From NCBI RefSeq assembly GCF_018977255.1, contig NW_024704743.1, positions 17,300,001-17,364,000 on the forward strand: a stretch of DNA of 64,000 nucleotides, written 5' to 3'. Each line of letters starts with the position of its first letter. Position 1 is the first letter of the stretch. Positions 57,749 to 64,000 of this stretch are shown here, one piece after another. The notes below the pieces were generated by a model. That model worked only from the letters and a program-made list of their open reading frames with translations. It did not search any database and was not told where the DNA came from. Source of the stretch: Callorhinchus milii. Its lineage: Eukaryota. The position numbers were made by a program, and so were the translations under genes.

Positions 57749-60493
57749 GTATTGCTTCCCTCTCTGTACACTGGCGTGTTAGCCTAGACTATAACCAGGT
57801 TCATCTCATCACTAGCAATAACAGTATCCTTGTACATACAGTTCACATAGTTATTATACAGTTTAATATATAGAACTAGGTCTGCAGCAGAAAAGCCAGC
57901 ACTTTAGATATTTTACCTAAGGTACAATATGTGCACTGAGCACTTGTATCTGCAAGAGATGAAGGATTCAAAGCCATGTGCAAAGTTTGATCCTCAGTCT
58001 TTTAGATGCTGGTTTGTCCATTGCAGATTTCTAGCAATTATTTCAGATTTTTTCAGATTCATATTGTTCCAGTGCTTTTACTTCTATTACCGTACTGTAC
58101 TTGATAAGATGATTGTCAATTTGAGTACTTGTAAGCTACAACACAAATTTACTTTCATTATTTATATAAATTTAACATTCATAATTCACATGGTGAGGCT
58201 GTCCAAAGGCACCGAAGAAAATAAAAACAAGCACAATGTCATTTAAACCCAACTCTAATCTCACATGAAAAGATTAAAGGGAAGTGTAAAAATAGCCTAA
58301 ACAGTACAGTCCTCTTGATTTGGATTAAAGGCTGATAATAGATTTCTGTTGAAAATACATTTAGAAGTGCAAGATTTTGGCATAATATGATAATGCATAC
58401 AAATTAAGATAACTAGTAATACAAATATAACATACTGTATATATTTAATAATTTATCAATTATGGTAATGATCATAAACTAGTTTAAACACATATAAAAA
58501 CAGGCATTAAAATATATGAATTAAAATGATTTGCCAGGAGTGTGTTGTAGGATTATCAAGAGGAAAAGAAAACAAACGCAAGATCTAGAATAAGCAAAGC
58601 TTAGAATGTAATCACAAATACGTTGTAATAACATATAGTGCCCTTTATGTGAGGCAGCCTCTTGGAGTGCTTAATTGACTGCAGGCAATGAATTGTTATT
58701 GAGGGCTTTTGTTGGGGTTGAGGTGAAATATTTGTCCAGGATGCAATCAGAATTTAGGTAGTTGGATACCTTAAGGTTCTGGCAGAAATAAAACAAAGTT
58801 CTGCAATGAACTAGTGGTCTAAAAGAGGCTTAAGAAGACAATCTAGAAAAGCCATAAATTGTCCACTGGATAGAGAAAATGCAAATGCTGCAAAATAGAA
58901 CATCTGTGGGGAGAAATTCTACCCATAATACATTTATACTGGATGACATTTATTAATGTTGTTTAAATAGATACTCTATTTACAAAGCATTTCAGTGATT
59001 CCAGAATTTGGCACATTCTTGAATACACCTTTATTTTGAAGCCATTTTCCCACAAATTCTTTTAAAAGAAACAGAAAACCGAGTTCAAAGTTAAGACAGA
59101 ATTGATTCTGCTCCAAACTCTTCATAAATAGAATAAATCCAGACCTAAGAGGAATTTTGCCAAATTGATGTTTTGTGATGTCAGCATTCCCTGATACAGG
59201 AATACTGTAGCATTAAAGCTGACGTTTCTATTAACTTGTTTCAATTCATGCTGGTAAACACTATTTGTTAATGTTTTCTAAGAGCTGTTCACTATATTCC
59301 TAATCAATTTACTACCGAATTGTTAACCAAGAACTTAAGCATCAGGAGTTCAATAATTTTTTAAAAACATTTTGTTATGTAACTAAGGATGTGTATATAA
59401 AGTGGTCACATAAATCAATGTGATAGTTTAAGATTTTTTTTGACCACAGCTACCTATGGCTGTTTGTGCGACATTGCTGTACACAAATTGTCTGCCTCAT
59501 TCACCTACAAAATATACATAGTCCCATCAGTTTACAATATATCCTGTGAAGCACTTTGAGACAACTTGACAATGTGATATAGCACTCTATCAATCTCAGG
59601 AATCATTAGTATTATTTATCAACAATAAAGTCCCTAATGGATGGTATATTGGAGTGGTATTACCAGACTGCCAGTAAATATTGAGTGAATAATTTGCCAA
59701 CAAAATCCAGTCATTACACTTTACAGTAAATCTTGTATGGTGCCTTGAGATATCCTCCCCATGTGAAAGGCGCTAAATGACATGCAAGAGCGTGGCATGT
59801 CTTGTCATAAGAGTGATGGCTTAATAAGATACATTTAATATGATAAACCGGAAAGAACTTTCACTTTTATCATCCAATAGAGGCAAAATATTTCAAAAGT
59901 ATTTTACACTCCTTACTAATTATTTTTTGTAGGCAAACAAGGCATCCGCTTTGTGCAGAGAAACGTTCACAGTGATGAGGTTAACAAATCTATCTGGAGG
60001 ATTCACAGCCAGAACATCAGTGGCCAAAGTGAACTCATCTAAAAAAAGGCACCTCCACCAGTACTGGATTGGAATATCATTCTGAATTATGAACTCAAGT
60101 CTTTATGGGGCACTTTGACCCACAGCATGGAAAGGGGAGTGTTACCAATTAAGCCCTTTTGATACTGTACATGCCTTGAGAGTGCATAAGGAAGTGAGCA
60201 GAGAGTGCATAAGGAAAGCCCAAAAGTTTCACAATCTTTGGAGAGCTACATGAGGGAGAAATTATCACCACAGATCTAGTGTAAAACAGGCAAGTGGTTA
60301 GGCTTGATCCAAGTTTCAAGTGAACAGTGCAGAACATTTGGTTTCCAATTGAATGGGCACAAAACAAATTTCCTAACTGATCAAAATCATCCCTGCTTAG
60401 AATCAGTGAACTAAATTTGCATATCTTCTAAATTAACTAGCCATCACCTGGAATAACTAATAAATCCATTGATTTAGTTCACTTGGCTCAGTT

Positions 60494-60697
60494 CTATTTT
60501 CTGTGCCCCAATTGCGCTGTGACAAGTGTGTAGTAAAGTCCCTGTTTGGCGAGCAGCTGCTGGTGTGTTCCTTGCTCTGCGATTTCTCCATTCTTGAACA
60601 CAGCTATTTTATTGGCGTTCTGGATCGTTGACAAACGGTGAGCTATAACAATGCAAGTGCGACCTTCCCTGGCTTTGTCCAGGGCCTCTTGAACAAC
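60494..60697 (-). CDS. ABCB1: ABCB1/ABCB4-type P-glycoprotein, last coding exon
   Basis: [28 protein letters not shown]...[26 protein letters not shown]-loop of NBD2; acceptor CAG at 60700-60698. ABCB1 versus ABCB4 cannot be resolved from two exons. Confidence 0.93.
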   Translation of the reverse strand, partial: VVQEALDKAREGRTCIVIAHRLSTIQNANKIAVFKNGEIAEQGTHQQLLAKQGLYYTLVTAQLGHRK

Positions 60698-60837
60698 CTG
60701 TTCAAACACATGGAGCGAAAGAAGTCAGCAATGTCAGCAATAATGTCTGGTAATATTTCATGCCATATTAGCATGTTGTTTGACTACATTGCAGTTTTGC
60801 AGCTTTGACCCGGTAAACGCAGAATGCACCAATATTA

Positions 60838-61010
60838 CAACAACAACAACAACAGCAACAAGATTCCATTTATAAAGCGCCTTTCACGTCAGGAGGACGT
60901 CCCAAGGCGCTGCACAGTTGGGTCATGACCCGAGCAGGGGGGAAATGGTCAGGGTGAGGGGAGGGAAGGAGGAGGGGGAAGAGAGTCGAGAGGGGAGCTG
61001 AAGGCTCGGT
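60838..61010 (-). mobile_element. L2 3' end (second family)
   Basis: CAGCGCCTTGGGACGTCCTCCTGACGTGAAAGGCGCTTTATAAATGG..(GTT)n. Confidence 0.88.
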
Positions 61011-61314
61011 TATTACATTCACTATTACATTCACAATACAAGATGTAATGTCAAATCTTGTCCTCACTAACTGTCATTTCTTACATTTACTCACATATGG
61101 TTTATACACGGCACACAACAGAACCAATAACCTTGTAAATACATTGGTAACATCTGCAATGAGAAATCATTAAAAGATATTGACCGGCAAAGCTGCTTCA
61201 CGCGGTGATATTGTTAAACAAACCTAAAGCTGGTTTTGCTGATCAGCAGAATTAAATTATTTGGAAATGTTACTTTAAATGTTTTGAACGTGAACCGGAG
61301 AAGCACATTGTTAC

Positions 61315-61461
61315 CTTTTCACTTTCTGTATCCAGCGCTGAAGTAGCTTCATCTAGGAGAAGGATCTTGGGATTTCGTACAAGAGCTCGGGCAATGGCAA
61401 TACGCTGTTTCTGCCCCCCAGACAGCTGGGTCCCTTTATCCCCTACACAGGTATTGTAGTT
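61315..61461 (-). CDS. ABCB1: ABCB1/ABCB4-type P-glycoprotein, penultimate exon
   Basis: [49 protein letters not shown] (ABC signature, Walker B, D-loop); 147 nt, phase 0/0, AG/GT. Confidence 0.95.
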
Positions 61462-61537
61462 CTGAAGTAAATGAGGTGAAAAATGAATAAGGCTAGAAGG
61501 AATGGCAATTTATAGTCTTTTTTAAAAAAAAGGTTTC

Positions 61538-64000
61538 AATAACAACAGCAACTTGGATTTATATAGCGCCCTCCACTCCGGACGGCGTCTCAGAGCGCTT
61601 TACAGTTTCGGATCCCGGGACGGAGCCAGGGGGAGGGGTGGGAAGGTGACCAAAGGCGCGGTCGAAAAGAAAGGTCTTCAGCAGAGACCTGAAAATGGGA
61701 AGGGAGGGAGCGAGACAACGGGAGGAAGGCAGTTCCAGAGCCTCCGGGCATAGTGGCTGAAGGCACGGCCGCCGAGGGTGGAGCAGAGGACTTGGGGGAC
61801 AAGGAGGAGTCCAGACCCGGAGGAACGAAGGCAACGGGTGCTGTTTTGAGGAGAGAGAGGAGGTCAGAGAGGTCGGGGGGGTGCAAAGGAGTGCAGGGAC
61901 TTGAAATAGAGGGTGAAGTTCTTGAAGTTGATCCTCTCTGGGATAGGCAGCCAGTGCAGTCTGGCAAGGACTGGGGTGATCGGGGAGCGGAGTTTGGTGT
62001 GGGTGAAAATGCGGGCAGCAGAGTTCTGAATGAGTTGGATTTTATGGATGGTAGTGGATGGGAGGTCGGCAAGGAGGGCTTTAGAGTAGTCCAGCCGAGA
62101 GGTGACAAAGGCATGGACCAGAGTTTCAGCGGCTTTTGGGGAGAGTATTGGCGGAGACGAGCGCTGCGACTGAGGTGGAAAAAGGCGGTGCTGGTGAGGG
62201 ACCGGATGTGGGGGAGGAAGGATAATTGGGGGTCGAACCTGATCCCTAGGTTGCGTATGGGTTCGGAGAGGTTTAGGGGGAGGTCGGGTAGGTGGAGTAG
62301 GTGAGAACCGTGAGATTTTAGACGTTGACGAAAACCGAAGAGTATGGCTTCCGTCTTGTCAACGATCAGCTGAAGGTAGTTTGCACTCATCTCGCCCCTG
62401 AGATCTGACAGGTAGGCTGACAGAACATCAGGGGACTGGCAGTCGCAAAGAGAGGTGGAAAAGTAGAGTTGGGTGTCATCTGCATACATGTGGGAATGTA
62501 CCCCATGTCTGCGGATGACATCCCCAAGAGGGAGCATATAGATCAGAAAGAGGATGGGACCAAGGGTGGATCCTTGGGTTACCCTGCAGGTGACCGGGTG
62601 AGAGTGGGAGGAGAAGCCATTTGTGCAGATGTACTGCTGGTGGTTTGTGAGGTAGGACTCGAACCAGGCGAGTGTGGTCCCACTGAGGTGGATGACGGAG
62701 AAAAGGCGGTGGAGGAGGATGGTGTGATCGACTGTGTTGAACGCGGTGGAGAGGTCCAGGTGGACAAGGAGGCAGAGGGAGCCCTGGTCACAGATAGAGA
62801 GGATGTCGTTTGTGACTTTCACAAGCGCAGTCTCTGTACTGTGGGCGGAAACCAGACTGGAGGGGTTCGAAGAGGGAGTGGGAGGAGAGGTGTGGGCGAA
62901 GTTGGTTGGCAACAACCCGTTCTAGAGCCTTTGAGAGGAAGGGCAGGTTAGAAATAGGGAGGTAATGGCTGGGATTTGAGGGATCTGGGGAGGGTTTTTT
63001 CAGGAGGGGGATGAATACAGCAGTTTTGAGGGGGGCAGGGACTGATCCGGAGGAGAGGGTCTGGTTGATGATGTCAGCCAGTAGTGGGCATAGGAGGGGG
63101 AGCTATGTAACCAGTAAGTTGGTGGGAAGGAGGTCGAGGCAACAGGTGGTGGGTTTCATGGAGGTGATGGTGGGTGAAAGGGAGAAGGGAGAGATGGGGA
63201 GGAAGGAATGTAGAATGGGGGTGGTGGTAGGAGCAGATGATGAGGAAGGTGAGGGGGACAGAGAGGGCGTGGTGGTGGGTGACAGGGGGCAGGTGGATGA
63301 GGCTGCCTGGCGGATGTTGAGTATTTTAGCAGAAAAGAAGTCCATGACCTCCTCGCACTTGGCATTTGATGTGAAGATTGAGGAGGCCTGAGGGGGGCGG
63401 GGGGCAGATGGAGGAGGTAGTGGGTGGTGGAAAAAAAGGATTTGGGATTGTATTTGGCCTCCAAGATGATGTTGGAGTAAAAGGCCGTTTTTGCACATGT
63501 CAAAGAACAGTGGTAGCTGTGGAGATGCTCGAGCCACAGTTGGCGGTGGACTGTCAGGCCAGTCTTCCACCATTGCGCTTGAGCAGATGGGTTTGGGTTT
63601 TTTGGCGGCGGAGATGGTTGTTGTACCAGGGGGATCGGGTGGATTTGGAGATGGTCCTGGATTTTAGGGGGAAGAGGGAGTTGAAAGTGGAGGAGAAGCT
63701 ATCATGGAGCAGCTAGATGGCTGCTTCAGGATCTCCGCGGGTGGAAGGTCAGAGGGTTAGGATGTTTGATAAAGCGAGGGCCTTTGTGAGGATCTCAGGG
63801 GGTAGTCTTTTCAAAGGGCGGTAGAGGATGGTTGAGGGCTTGGTGGAGGAGAGAGGGATGTGAGAGGAGAAGGAGATGAAAAAGTGGTCCGAGATGGCCT
63901 TGTCCACTATGCTAAAGTCAGAAATGTCAAGGCCGTGGGTGATGATGAGGTCAAATGCATGACCATGGTTGTGGGTAGGTGAGTTTATATGTAGGGTAAG
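61538..64000 (-). mobile_element. L2 LINE in the ABCB intron: endonuclease C-terminus plus RT, frameshifted; runs off the window
   Basis: SPTHNHGHAFDLII...ISDHF (APE end, ~63870-64000), HSTETAL, YADDTQLY, (GTT)n tail. Confidence 0.95.

Noticed and set aside
61590..62915. Active reverse transcriptase gene (441 aa)
   Set aside because: Frameshifts on both sides of the RT core; defective L2 copy.

Overview
Vertebrate genomic DNA, most likely from a cartilaginous fish (inferred from the L2, CR1 and Deu-type tRNA-SINE repeats and the divergence of the proteins; no species call is possible). The window holds a carnitine O-octanoyltransferase gene (CROT, + strand, 16 coding exons, 23183-48835, about 611 aa, C-terminal SQL). 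It converges on the last two exons of an ABCB1/ABCB4-type P-glycoprotein gene (- strand, 60494-61461), the same neighbourhood as in other vertebrates. As written, CROT has one extra T in coding exon 1 that shifts the frame. All other exons and splice phases are intact, so an assembly error is the leading explanation. The rest is dominated by decayed L2 and CR1 LINEs, two subfamilies of a tRNA-Ala-derived SINE sharing the L2 3' tail, and simple repeats. Least explained are a ~600-bp hairpin-rich non-coding repeat with at least 7 copies, a ~3-kb TG...CA LTR-like segment carrying an 11x39-bp array (one frame reads as tandem RGD motifs), and a diverged ~450-bp duplication between the two genes. 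Exon boundaries were read base by base; repeat boundaries are approximate.
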